A DNA stretch of 64,000 nt from Lepidodermella squamata (taxonomy: Eukaryota; Animalia; Gastrotricha): assembly GCA_047495785.1 (NCBI GenBank), contig JBLDXI010000056.1:310001-374000 (forward strand), written 5' to 3'. A program made the translations under genes and the position numbers. Below, in pieces: positions 40,476-53,702 of this stretch; the first letter of the stretch is position 1; every line of letters starts with the position of its first letter. The notes under the pieces are model-generated. The model was not told the DNA's origin and made no database searches. It saw nothing but the letters and a program-made list of their open reading frames with translations.

Positions 40476-42283
40476 TTACAACTCATCACGAGCCAACGAA
40501 TAGCGCAGACGGGACGGCCCCAACTTCGCAAACATGGACTCGGGCGGGTCCGTGCGGCCGCCCTGGCCGTGCGGCACCTGGCCGAAGTCGTAGTCCGCCA
40601 TCGCGTCGTCCTCGTCGCCGGCCTTCGATTTCGGAATGTGCGGCTCCTCGGTCGCGGCGTGCGGCTGCTCGCCCTCCACCTTGTTCACCTCCTGCACCGG
40701 GTCCATCGACAACTGCGGCGCCTGCGTGGGGTCAGGGCCCTGGTGGAACTCGCGGTGCAGCTTGCCCGAGTGCAGATCCAACACGAATTGCCGCAACAGG
40801 CCCGGCTTTTGCAGCTGCGACTTGACGTCGAACGGGAACAGGTACATGTGCTTGAACGAGTCGATGGCGAGCACGGGCAGATCCGACGAAGCTTTGCCTA
40901 AATGCGACAGAGGGTGCGAGAACTTGTGCCCATCGGCGTACACCGGGTTGATGAGACCCCGCTGGTCCGGCAGCTGCTTCCGCACCTCCTCCGTGAAAAT
41001 TTTGATCGTCTGCTTGTCCTCCGGGTCGTGGAACAGAATGAGGAAAGGAATGCCCTCCTCCGTCATCTCCTCCGCGTTTTCGAATGTAATCTCGCGGACG
41101 AGAGGGATGCACTTCTCGCGGATCCACACCTCCAAATCTGTGTAAGACTCGGCGTTGCCGGAAAAGTCGACGAACGACTCGGTGACGGGGCTGATGAAGC
41201 GCACCTTGTACGGGTCATCGCCGACAATCGTCGTCGGCAGAACTCCGATGAAGGCGTGGAATTTGCAGTCGTCTTTCAGCTGGCGGGCCAGTTTCTTCGC
41301 GTTTTCAACGACGCGTTGCGCCGACGAGTGCTCCTCGCCGGATTTCATCAGCACGACAATGTGCCGGTTGCGGTCGTCGAATTTCAGCACTTGCATGAGG
41401 TTGGACGCGTATTCGATCGGGTCTTTCATTTCGTTGCGCAGGTACTCCTTGATGGCCTCGGCGGATCGGGAGCCGCGGTACTCGCGCCGCACGACCTCGC
41501 CGTTTCTGAACAGTTTGATGGTTGGGTATTTGTTGACGCCGAATTTCTGGCACAGCGGCTGCGAGCCGGGGCCTTCGCAGTCGACGCGGGCCAGTTTGAT
41601 TTGCGCGGCCGAGAACTCGCGGCCCACCGAGTTGGACGTTTCCTCGAAGACGGGCGCCAACTGCCGGCTGAAGTGGCACCAGTCGGCGTAGAAGTTGGCG
41701 AGAACCAGCTCGGATGACGTCACCGTCTCCAGGAAATTGTCCTCCGTGAGCTGGATCAAATCGGCTGAGGCCAAGGCGACAAAAACCTGAATAGAAAAAA
41801 AAATGCACAAAAATATTATGATTAATTGAACAGAGAGAGATAAACATTTATTAAAAAAATTGGACTGCCTAATTCAATAATAATTAGGTTGCCTTGCGAC
41901 ACAGTGAGTATGAATTATATTTTAAAATTATTTGTGTTTTTTGTGGTTGAAATAGATATGGATTGAATCTTTAAGAATCGATTTTGAAATATCAGAAAGT
42001 AGTTGAAAGTAAAAAATTGCAGAACATTAATTTCTTGAAATTTCAATGAACATTTTTTGAAAGATTTGAAATTTGAAATTATTTTAAATTTAAATCATAA
42101 TTTGAAAATAATATTATTTTATGATTATTGTTCAACTGTAGCCCTAAATCGCAAAAGTGACCCTCGATTTTCCCCAAAAAAGAATCTAAAAAATCAAAAA
42201 TTCCCCCATATAACACTTCTCGAAGAACATTTCGAAATGGAATTGAAACTTACAAAGCTGAGCAGAGCGGTGACTAGTCGCAT
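40476..42283 (-). CDS. ERP44: ER resident protein 44, 446 aa; exons 42283-42254, 41786-40476
   Basis: Signal peptide; FYADWCHFS; KYPTIKLFRNG..REYRGSRS; PLVREITFENAEEMTEEG; DSFKHMY; C-terminal RDEL. Confidence 0.97.
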
Positions 42284-42832
42284 GTCGCGGCTTCTTGCGA
42301 TGAGGCGGAAATAAATTATTAAAATTAATATACTAAATCCACTCGACCAACAAAACCTAAGAAAAAACGAGAAAATGCCGAATTAACAATGGTCGAAATT
42401 GGAAAATGTTCGAGATTTCATCTCAAATATTCTCGGCCATTTCTGATTTTTTTTATTACAAGAGACAACGTAAACATGAAGAATTGAGAAGTTGGCGTCA
42501 GTTAAATCGACACTTTCGATACAATATTAGCCACTAACAGATGCAGTGGGACTCAATAACGGAACAATAATAAGCACGGTACATTGAAGTTGTTGAAATT
42601 GAAGTTTTTCTAGGTATGCAAACACGTCGAGAGATACATCAAATGAGCAACTCTTTTCCACTTTTATGAGCTGAAATAACAATTCAGCAAAAGATAAAAA
42701 AATTCGCAATAAATTTATAAAAATTCTTTTTTAAAATCTAATACATTCAAATTTTTATATTTCGACGTTTCCAATAATTTTATTGCGAATTTCTCATCAT
42801 TTTTCTTTTTTTGGTCGGATTTTCCCTTTCCA

Positions 42833-45800
42833 TCACACTTTATCGTCGTCCGTTTCCTGCGTGGTCGTAGTCGCGCCGTCGGACGACGAAGGCGGTGCAA
42901 CACCCGCCATGGCCTCGTCCTCATTCTCATCGTCCATATCGTCGTCCATCATGTCTTCGTCCTCGTCATCAATGTCATCTTCCTGGTCCTCGGTGTCTTC
43001 CTGGCCAGGACCGCCTGCCACTAACGCAGCCGGGTTGACTCCATCTTCGAAGTTGTTCGCGATCGAGTTACTCGATTCCGACACAAATGACGGCTGTTGT
43101 TGCATTATTTGAGGCTGGGGCTGGACCGCAGCAGATATACCGGGCTAAAATCGAATGAAAAATGACAATTTCATGTTAATTGGAAGAAACAAAGATTATG
43201 TGTTTAAAAAAGTGGTGAAAATTTTCCCTTCGTCCTTTTTGGGCAAGACCAATTTTGCACCAAGCAATATACTACAACCAAAATAATTACCGAAATTTGC
43301 TGAGGCTGCGAAGTCGGCGGCAGCTGCTGTTTGTTATCCAGGCACTCCATCATGGCCGTAGTCGAAGAAACCGCCGCAGCCGCCACTGGCCCAACCACCG
43401 TCGAAGACGCGGACGAAGCGGTCACCGCCGCAGCACTGCTACTGCTACTAACCATCGAAGTCATCGGCTCGACAACGGCCGGCGCCTGCTGCTGCGCCGA
43501 CTCGTCCATCGCCAGTTTCGCCTGCGCCTCGGCCACGTTCACCACTTCGACAACGCGCTGCGCCGGCTCGTGCTCGTGCGCCGACTCGTTGTGCGCCGAG
43601 TTCGAACTGTCGTCGCCGGGCAGCTTCACAGCACCCGGCATCTTGCCCGGCACCACCGCCACCACGGCGGCCGCGTTCGACGGCTCGACGGCCGAAGCCG
43701 CGGCGCCGTTCGCCGACTGCTGCTGCGCGCGCACCTTGTCGCGGAGTTCGAGCCGCGCCCGCGCCACCAGCTGGTCGAACAGCTCGTCGGTGAGGCGCGG
43801 CCGCTTCGAGCACACCTCGCTCCACGACTCGTGCCACTTCTCGCGGTCCTCCGCGATCTTCTTGCGCGTCTTCGCGTGCTGCGTCTCGGCGTCCCGCGTT
43901 TCCGTCTGACGCGCGGCGAGCGTTGTTTCCAGATTGGCTCGCTGCGTCCGCAGGGTTGTCAATTTTTTACCGAATACAACCTGAAATTTGCGAAAAACCA
44001 ATAAACATTTGCAACGAGAAAAATTACAAAAAATAGTCGATTCCAAGCTTTCAAGAGAGTTATCTTGTTTGATCATTTTATCAATAACTTATTATAGGAT
44101 AACTGCGGCCATTGCCAACCGATAGCTTTGCGAATTTTCCATGACTGTTGATTTGCTTCGATCAAAAGTCAGTTTCAACAACGTCTCCGAAGACGACTTT
44201 CATGAGCTTCGTCAATGCTCACGTCAAAGAAATCGAAATGAGGGATTATCGGATTTAAGATTGAAGAAATAGACCATGTTCGAATATTTTCCTGCGCTTT
44301 TCTTAGCCTATGCAGTGATATTGGTTAATATCAGTGTTTACGAACAACGGCTTCAGAGTTGTTCAAGTTTGCACTAGGAATCCTGGTGCTTTATCACAAC
44401 TGATTCAAAACTGATGCCGTCCAGTGAAATATCTGGTATGGGTTTCACTAATTGTGTTGAAGCGTTGAAAATGTTCAGTATAAATTGCCAAAATATCGTT
44501 GTGCAAGGGAAAGTGTTTCCAAAAAATTGCTATGGCCTCCAAAACTATCACTGGTTTTTAATTCATTATCAATTTTCAAATTAAAAAATTTCAGAACCAA
44601 GTTACAGGTATGTACTTTTGGTAAAAATGATTCGGTAATTTCGAGCAAAACGGGAGGAGATAATTATAATTTCTTCTTAAATTCAATTTTTGCACACCCT
44701 ATGCTCAAGTACAAAATTGTAATTGGGTTGTAAATTTACCTGTCGCATATCGGGCACGACCGAATCTGAGAAAATATCGGCCATCAACGCGTGGTTGCGC
44801 GCGTATCTCGCCGCGGCGAGGTGCTTCAGCGAGAACACGTTGTCATCGTCGTCATCGGCCTGGACCACGCCGACGCGCGACGTGATCGACTTCTTCTCCT
44901 CGGCCTCTTGCGCGAGTTGCAACTTGCGCATCTCCTCCTTCTTGCACCACTCCTGGTACGCCGATGAGTTGTGGTAGTTTTGCAGCGCCTCTTGGTAGGC
45001 CACTTTTTCGAGTTCATACTCGAGTTCGTACTCTTTACGCTCGTCGTCCGTCAGATCTTGCCACATTTTGCCGATCATTTTGCCAATATCGGGTATCGAC
45101 TTGATGCGAGGATTCGCCGCTTTCACGTGGTCCCACATTTTTTTAGCTACGGAAAAAACAACAAAATTAAAGAAATTGAATAGATGAATTTAAATAATAT
45201 TAAACAATTAAACTTAAGAGTTTGACGAAACAATTTCAAAATTAAACCGCCGAAAGATTGTTTTTCAAAATTTCATCAATAATTTGAAAAAAACGCCCAA
45301 TTATCTCAAAATTGCGAGTAGTAGTTTTGGGACTCGTCAATTTTTCGAATTCGGTTTAGCTTCTGGGACATTTTGTGACACTTCAGAAAGCCCGATTTTG
45401 AACATTTCACAAAAATACGTGAAATTTCAAAAATGTACAGCTCCAAATAATTTTCCACTAGTTTAATCAAAATTAATCCATTCAACCAATTATTTGATTT
45501 CTTGGGTAAAACTATAGTCTCAATCCTGAAAGTTGAGAGGTTACAGATTGCAGCATGAATTCGAGCCAAGCTGAGTTTTTAATTCAAAAAAATAAAAGAT
45601 ATTTAGAGCTTACAATATCGCATGTAAGGCATGAGAGGCGGTTTTGGTGCTTTGACGGGTTTGTTGCCGCCACCGGCGTCGGCTGACTCGGCTAGACGGG
45701 CGAATCGGCCGGCGGCGAAAGCCGGATGGCCGGGTTGGCCCTGCGAGAACGGGTTCACATTGGCGGCGGAGGAGCTGCCTTTGTGGTGTCCGGACGACGG

Positions 45801-45881
45801 CGCGGCTGTTGACACGGAGGCTCGGCGGCCAAACAGCGCCGGTGGCACTGCTGGGGTTCGGTAGTTACTCGGCAGTGCCAT
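42833..45881 (-). CDS. SMARCE1: BAF57 SWI/SNF subunit, about 558 aa; exons 45881-45614, 45146-44740, 43980-43291, 43144-42833
   Basis: HMG box PLMPYMRYSKKMWDHVKA..IGKMIGKMW; YHNSSAYQ; NHRLI-like ARYARNHALMADIFSD; coiled coil; acidic tail. Confidence 0.95.
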
Positions 45882-46805
45882 TCACAATTTTATAAAAAAA
45901 GGCGGTTATCTAATATAAATTCTTAAATTTATAGCAAGGAAAATTGTGAACGAAATTCCTTGAATTCGAAAGAAAATATTAAATTTCGAATAATCTGAAA
46001 GGCAATAAATCTGGGATTCTGGGATATTCTGATTGCCGATAGCGAGCTTTTCAAAAATTATGACCTATCAACTTCACTCACATATTTTCAGAGGTGTTTT
46101 ACAAATTACAATTTAAAATTCACGACGACTTGAATTAATCAGGTGAATTTTAATTTCCAGTAATTTAAACTTTCCTAAATTGCATGTTACAATTACCAAG
46201 AGGGTAACTTAGAATCAGAACATTTAAATTAGATGAATCGTTATAGCTAATATTTTGTGGGCCGACTGAATTCTTAACTAGTCAAGGGGATAAATTTCAA
46301 CATCGAATGCTTTCAACCTAGTTGAATGCTGTATTATGGCTTCGTCCATAATATCTAGTCTCTTTTATTTAAAATATCAAACACCTAATACTGAATGGTT
46401 TTCACTGTGGCGGAAAATTTAGCTTTAGTAATCACGAACCGGCAATCAGAATGTGATTTTTCTGTCTTTTTCGTGATTGATTTCAACTATCGAGTAGTGT
46501 TAACCGTTAAAACAACGCCAAGGTATTGCAGCTATGTTTGTTTATATGTACGTAGTTATATTCATGTTTCATATAGCCACTTGTTCAATGAAAAATGTTA
46601 GAAAGGTAACTTGTTGTTAGCAGATCATGACTACATAGAATGAAGACACCGGACTTGATCAATCGATATTACAAAAATCGACTCTTGAGCAAATCGACTC
46701 GCATGTTACAAATTAGTAGAAAAATTAGCAAAATTGAGCAGAAACATTCATGGAGTGTCAAGTTTTCACCAGATCTTTTCTTCCACCTGAATCGAGCGCC
46801 ACTGA

Positions 46806-47117
46806 TCAGTGATTGGCGTCGTAGGCCGCCTTCTCGGCCGCGTAGTCTTGTTCGTACTTCTTCTTCTGCTGGGCCGACAGCGCCTGCCACTTCTCGCCGA
46901 TCATCTTGCCGATCGGGCCGACGCCCTTGGGGAAGTTCTCCGGGGCCGCCTTGATTTCGACCCACTGCTCCTGGGCGAATCGCATGTACGGGGTCAACGG
47001 ACGCTTTGTCTTGTTTTCCTTTTGAGCTTTACATTCGAAAAATTACGCAAAATTCGTGTAAAATTTCCAAACGAAAATTGATTCGATAAAATGCTTACCG
47101 GACTTCTTGTCAGACAT
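46806..47117 (-). CDS. Small single HMG-box protein, 79 aa; exons 47117-47099, 47026-46806
   Basis: MSDKKSAQKENKTKRPLTPYMRF..IGKMIGEKWQALSAQQKKKYEQDY; phase-1 GT-AG intron; GC-rich codons. Confidence 0.9.
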
Positions 47118-47983
47118 TTTGATGAATCCGGTGTAGATAAAACAGTGATAAAATTGAGCAAAAGGTTGCTATGTTCTATGGGCCAAAGAAAAATCAGGTG
47201 AATGAAAATTTAGAAATAAGCTGGAATTTAAACAAAAATTTTTATATCAGGGCAGAATCCAACAATCTGAAAAAGAAATAACAGGTAAGAAATTAGGATT
47301 CTATTGAAAATAACGGTTTACCTTGAAGTTTGCTATTGTTTGTCAACAACTTTCACAATAAATTAGGATAATATCTAAGGAAAGAAAAATATGAATACAT
47401 TTAAACAAAATCCTGCAAATCGCTTTATTGTGGTTAAAAATTATTGTTTTTATATTTATATTTAGGGATGCGCCTGATTGACGACATAGCATGGACAAAA
47501 TATTTCCATCTTGTGATTTTTCGCGAAAATTTCTCGTCAAAACTCTTGGATAGAAATGATTTGTGTACAATATTTTCTTTCGAAATTGAGAGAGAAATAT
47601 GACTGAGATGACGAGAGAGCAAAGACTTCTGAAGTATCAGAGAGAGATATACGGCTTAAATCCCGGCACATGTACAAAAAATCGAGAGAAATCAGTAAAA
47701 TCATTATCAATTAGCAAATTATCATTCAACTGATTTGTTTTCATCGATTTATCACTGTGGGAGAAGTCACTCTATTCCAAAATCAGTCGTTCAACACCCA
47801 CCGCAAGCAAATGACAAAATAAAGCATCGATCTAAGACCTCATGACTCGAAATTTGTCGACGTGATGAAAGAAGATGCAACAAAACAAAGTGACACGATT
47901 TACCCAGAAAAAATGCGCATCTTTAAGGATTTGTTGTACACAAAAATAGTAGTTTATATTAGGCAAATTAAACGGAATTTTGT

Positions 47984-49418
47984 TCAGTCGAAATGACTCT
48001 CGACGTGGCTCTGAATTTCGCTTGCTGGAAACGACACGTGACACATTGGACACTTCGGTTCGCCAGCTGGTTCGTCATGAGCCGCAAAATGCGCCTGGAT
48101 TTCATTGCTAGGGACCGATTCGTCACAAATCGGGCACTTCACAACGGCTGGTAGACTTGGGGCAACTGAAGACGTAGCCATAGGAGGACTTGAAATCGGC
48201 GGCCCGTCCTTACGCCTGACCTGTTTATACAAAGCCCGGTATTCATCGGCGGCCTTTTCGAGACGCAACTTCAAATCAGTAGCACGACGATCAGCTTCAT
48301 CTGCGATTTCCTTCTGATTCAAATACTTCATCATCGCATCGGCTCGAGCTCGTTCTAGCTCAACAACTCGTTCATCGACGTTGGACATATTTCGTTTCCG
48401 TTCTTCTAGCTCTTTCTCCAACTTTGCACAACGCGATTTGAACGTGTGACATTCGCTCTTCGAATCTTCTAACCTCGCAGCGAGAGATCGCTGGACAGCC
48501 ATCAGCGATTCAACTTCTTGCTGTAGCATTCTCTTCAAGTCTTCAGTAGCTGATAGTCGCTCTTCGGCATTTCGCAGTGTCTCTTCAAGTCTGTAGTACA
48601 ATTGTTGTTGCTCAGCAACTTGACGATTCAGTTCACGAAGGCGGGATGACTGGTCCTGGTTCTCAGTTGACAACTTCAATCTGGCTTCGTCGCCATGGAT
48701 CAGCTGACCTTTGACGCGTTCGAAATCACGTTCGAGTTCTTCAATGCGACGCAAGGCTTTGTCGTGTTCTTCAGTTTTCGCAGATGCTTCCTTTGCCACG
48801 GCTAAATCACTTTCCAACTTGGAATTTTCAGCACGAAGTGACGCTAGTTGTTGCGCGAGTTTCTCGCTTTCTGACGACTGCTCGGTTAGCAACTTCTGAA
48901 GGTGGAGTTTGTCTTGAATTGTTTTAGCCAAGGCGTTTTCAAGCTGGTTACGGCTGGTCTTCACCATCACAACATCTTCGTCACTGTCCTGTACATCTAC
49001 GATCACCCCATCGCCAGATGCGTCAGTTATGAATGAATTCTATTAGAGAGACCATGCAAATATACTGAGAAGAAAAATAAAAACAACAACTCACGTCTTC
49101 GCCCGAGAAGCTGAATGTAGTACTGATTCCGTGAAGATTGTTCTCGGAATCAAAATAACACAACTGATAGAAATTCGAGAAATCACGCGGAAGGGTATCA
49201 GCGGGGAAAAATGTCGAGCCGGAGTCTTGGGCAACCACTTGTTTCGCAACGTACTGTTCAATACTTGACCAGCCAACTAGAAACAAGCCAACCCAGTCAG
49301 ACTCGGGTTTGATCTGATAGCCATTTGAAGCTTCAACAATAATTGTGAGAGCATTAGCTACGCAGTGAAACTCGGCTATTCGATGAAATCGTACGTTGGA
49401 TGCTAGTTCGTTATCCAT
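47984..49418 (-). CDS. TAX1BP1: TAX1BP1/CALCOCO-family autophagy receptor, 459 aa; exons 49418-49095, 49039-47984
   Basis: SKICH domain DWVGLFLVGWSS..FYQLCY; DVVMV LIR-like site; coiled coil; two UBZ fingers CPIC..H..H and CPMC..H..H. Confidence 0.88.
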
Positions 49419-50302
49419 TTTTTTAAACTCTACAAATCATGAGAGAAGATGTAGTCAAAATTATAATGACGAGCTGTTGAGATACTGCAGTTGAGCGAAA
49501 TCAAAATCCAACATGGCCGTCACACAACGTATTGCAGCAAACTGACGCACCACGCACAAACAAACTGACCTTGATTACGTTCAATAAAGCGTAATATGAA
49601 TGTTAGATATTAGATACGAATGTTTCAGGAGATAGGCATAAGCCATCGCCAGCTTGGATTTAGGCGCGATATTTTGTGCTCAAGTTTGCCCGCCAAAGGT
49701 GATGAATCACAATGAAATCCCAGTTTTCTGGCAAAATGTCATTTAGTTTTGACATTTTAAAACAATGTATACTTCAAAAGTCTTCAAAAAATATATTGCT
49801 TGATTTTTTAGTATTTAGCAAAATGAAATTGTCATGATTATGTTTACGCGTTTTGGCTGCCCCTTCGATGATGCGTTAAACGCTGGAATCTTAGAGAGCA
49901 TGGGCTTGAACCAATCCAAGCGGCAAGCGTTACTTATGTAGCTGGAGGTCTTTGACTAATTTAATGTAACTTTGTCTATAGCTTTTGGCACAAATACGTA
50001 CGCATCCTTCGCTCAACGGCGTATTTGGACAACCATAATGGCCAGAATGCTCGATTGATAAAATATCTAGCTTACTCGTCTTTGTCCTCCGTCAGAGCCT
50101 GCCATTATCGCTCAGATGTGACGGGTGGGTGGCCAGTATAGTTCGCTACTGTGCTAATCTTTGATCTTATGTAATCTTATGGATAGCAGGGTCATAGCAG
50201 GGCAGCAGCTTGCTAAGAATGATTCCGCTGATGACCCCTATTTAGTACTTCATCTTCATGTGTAATGTACCTAAATTATAGGTATTATTTGCAATTTTCC
50301 TT

Positions 50303-51769
50303 ATGGCGGAGCTTCCGTCGTCTGCTGAGCGGAAACGCGGTGACCCAGCCCCAGCGGCTGCAGCCGGCGAGAGCAATGAACCTAGTCCTGGAGAAGCCTT
50401 CAAAGATTTTGAAACCATGGGATCTATTATTAACAAGCTCAAACTTCTCAATTACGACGAACAATTCTGCCAGAGATTGAAATTCAAGCCTTTCTCGCCA
50501 CATTACTTTGCCATTAAAACAAATCCTGGCGAACAGTTCTGGAATTTCGGCTCTCTAGCTGCATGGCTGATACGCGAATGCGGCAAGCCATTTGATCAAC
50601 CTCAGGAGGTGAGGGAGTTTTCTCACTGAAATAATTTTTCTGAAATAATAATGTTAATTTTTCGTTTAGTATGATGATCCTAACGCAATAATCGCCAGCA
50701 TTCTCGACGCTGCTCGTCAATTCAATTTAACAGTCAATTTCCCTCCGGCACGTCTCAAGGAAGGACACGGCACTCAATGTTTATACATTTTATCGGCTCT
50801 GTGCGATGAAGCCCTGAAAGCGAAACGTTTTGCATATGCTAGACCTCATTATATCGAAGAGGAGGGCGATAAAAACGTTGCTGTCATCGAAGATGATGAA
50901 AATGACATGGTATGGCGGGCGCGTGAAGACGGCCAATTGAGTATGGATGATGCTGCCGACGTACCTTTCGAAGAAGACGACCATCATCTGCTTGATCTCA
51001 ACGGGGGCGACAAGGGCTACGATCCAGCCGTTGGAAGCGATTCAGGTTTTAGATTAGCGGCTGCGTTAGATTCAAGTGCCGACGCCAGCGAGTGGAAGCT
51101 TGAAGTTGAACGTGTTTTACCCGAACTGAAAGTGACAATTCGAACCGATCCTCGTGACTGGCGTGTCCATCTCGATCAATTTATCCAGCAAAATCAGAAT
51201 CTAGGTGAATCTGTCAAATCTCTCAAGGGTGAACTGGACAAATTGACAACCGATATCTCGAAAACTATGGAGAAAATTTCAAGCCGTGAGAAGTATGTAT
51301 CGTCTCAATTGGACTCTCAGCTTGTGCAGTACCGCGAGGCGCAAAATCGGTTGAATAAAGAGAAAGAAAGGTATAAAGTGGCATCGACTGGCATTGTTGA
51401 AAGGCAGCGACTGTTGAATGAAGTCAACGATGAGCTAGAAAATATCAAGCGAACAATGCGGGATCGTGGCAGCAGCATGACTGATGCTCGTAAGTTTGAA
51501 TCTTCGAATTTTGCATTCCCATTTTGATAAATTACTTTGAAACGACAGAGCCATTGCGAAATATCAAGGAGAGCATGTCCCAAGTCAAGAAAGAAATCGG
51601 ACAGTTGGAGGTTCGAATCGGCGTCGTTGAGCATTGTCTCATTCAAGCGAAACTCAACTCAAAGAATGAAATATACGCGTCTGATCAGAATGATTCCAGC
51701 GATCCCATACTCGGCACGGGCCTGGGAGGCACTCGGTCCAGCGGTGCATCGAAGCAAATTGTCATATGA
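50303..51769 (+). CDS. IFT57: Intraflagellar transport protein 57, 448 aa; exons 50303-50608, 50670-51489, 51549-51769
   Basis: KLKLLNY, NPGEQF, PQEYDDPN, EWKLEVERVLPELKV, DWRVH, KISSREKY, RIGVVEH. Confidence 0.97.
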
Positions 51770-52940
51770 GGCGATTTAGATTCTTCTATTTATCGGTTAT
51801 TAACTATATCAGTCCAACTGTGTTATTGTGCATTTCATCGAGTGCATTTTACTAATCATCGATCTCACAAGCGTTTTAACGTTCAACCAATAATAATTGT
51901 TATGATACAAATGTATAACAGTAAAACAGAGCTGAATTGTTGTCTAAACTATTGAGTTGTTTCGTTTTATCGTCGGCTATTCATCGTAATTCACTCGGAT
52001 TAAGCGCAGACCGCGTTGTTATTTGGACTTCTGTAAAATTGATTTCGACCAAGCAAAATCAATCGAATGAGCTGCTAATAATAATCACCGTTTTTTCAGC
52101 AGCAACACAGAATTGGGAAATATGTTCAGGTTTTTCTGAAAAATTCAACTGCCATGAAAAGGCTTGTCCAGTTGAACCATTGAAGTGTAACTCCCATGCT
52201 TAGTCCTCTTTCTGTTGGATGTTTAAAAGAAGGAGTGCATTTCGAGGATTTTCCCCTTAACAACATTATATTTCAGCCGATAGTTTGATATCGCCATCGT
52301 CTCTAATTGCGTATTGTGCAGAACAGGATTTGCGTGCTGCCTGAAAATCATGCGAGTAAAGTTCTTCTGCTGAGGTCTTGCACCAAAACAGCACGATGTG
52401 ATTTTAACCAACATTTATTTCATTTTTCAAAATAGACCTCAGATTCCAACTTAATTCCATGAAAATTTCAAGAATAATACATTGAATGAAGGGGTAGGTT
52501 TTGTTTTTACTAATATTGAGGAATATAGTCCAGACAAGACCTGTGTGGCTTCGCTGCCCCCTAACCGGGAAGAACATGTTTATTGGCTAACGAGTTTGAC
52601 CTCCTTCACTAATATGCCTGGCTCGGACTGCGGCTCATTGAGCTTTGTCTAAAATTTTAAGGGCATCTATGACCCATACTAATGAAGCTGGCGCCTAGGA
52701 CTACATCACAGTATGAGTCAATCGTTTTGTTCGATGTCAATTGTTAATCACATCCAGGCGTGCAGCGCACATTTCACACGGTTGTTGATTTCCATTCCAA
52801 GCAATTCCAATGGACCAAGATCGGTCTGCCGGCTGCCGGACTTGGTAGCCTTTTTCATCAACAGCGGTCAAATTCCGGTCGATCAGTTGGAGTATCGAGC
52901 TAAGAAACAGTGTTTGCGTACCTATTCGATTCATTTGAAG

Positions 52941-53379
52941 GGAAGCGAGTAGTCGAGTGGTCACAGCGTCTCACTGGCTGCGAAGAGGCACGGGTTCAAT
53001 CCCCAGAACCGCACAACGTCAATCTTGCGTCTCCGCACAAAGTCTGCATTCTTCTGCGGGACCGTAAATCAAGCTGCCATGAAGAGTCATGCGGCCAACT
53101 GGAGCCAAGGATTTAATCCTCGAGTGTGAAAGCTGCTGGTAATTCCCGCCAAGCAGTTCCTCCGAGACCGCGGCTCCCTTCCTCCCGGTGTAGGACGCCA
53201 TTCACCGGCAATCAAGAGATGGCTACTCGGTGCGAAAGCCTGGGGACCATGGATCGATCAGCAATAATCGGCTCATGTGTAGATGACTCTTAGGCCTCAT
53301 ATATGTGATGACATGTGATCCAAGTGCTAAATGTCGAAAGGCGAATTGCGCAATAAAGTATGAGTATGAGTATGAGTAT
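52941..53379 (+). mobile_element. tRNA-derived SINE (about 440 bp)
   Basis: A box TAGTCGAGTGG (52950-52960) and B box GGTTCAATCCC (52993-53003) without an acceptor stem; ends in AATAAA + (GTATGA)3 GTAT. Confidence 0.85.
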
Positions 53380-53702
53380 TTAGCTTCAGCTGTAAGATCG
53401 GAGTTAGGACGCGATTTTGTTTCGTTGGGTCTGAGCTAATGGCTCACCTGAGTTTGAGTAGCCTACTGCGTACTTTACTGTCACCTACTGCCACGCGGAG
53501 TATGGGAAAAATCAGGGTCAGTGATGATATTTGGCAGTTTGTTTACGCCGATTGCGAATGACGTTGTGCCATGGACCTTAAACTTTGAAACGCAGTCGTT
53601 GATTAGTAGAAGGCTGATGACTGAGGAGGTGCTACTTAGATGCGATCCACGAAGAGCTGGTCTGAGAATAGCTCAATCGCGTACTGATAATGGCCAAATG
53701 GG

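Noticed and set aside
41670-41690. ERP44 CHFS instead of CRFS
   Set aside because: The catalytic Cys and the CxxS pattern are retained; a minor variant.
11421-45183. Many long overlapping or antisense ORFs on GC-rich exons (e.g. 11523-12410, 17468-18322, 40902-41717, 43255-44004)
   Set aside because: Expected from high GC3 codon bias; the conserved domains are in the called frames.
53585-53625. GAAAC...CTGATGA hammerhead-like words
   Set aside because: The required stems do not pair.
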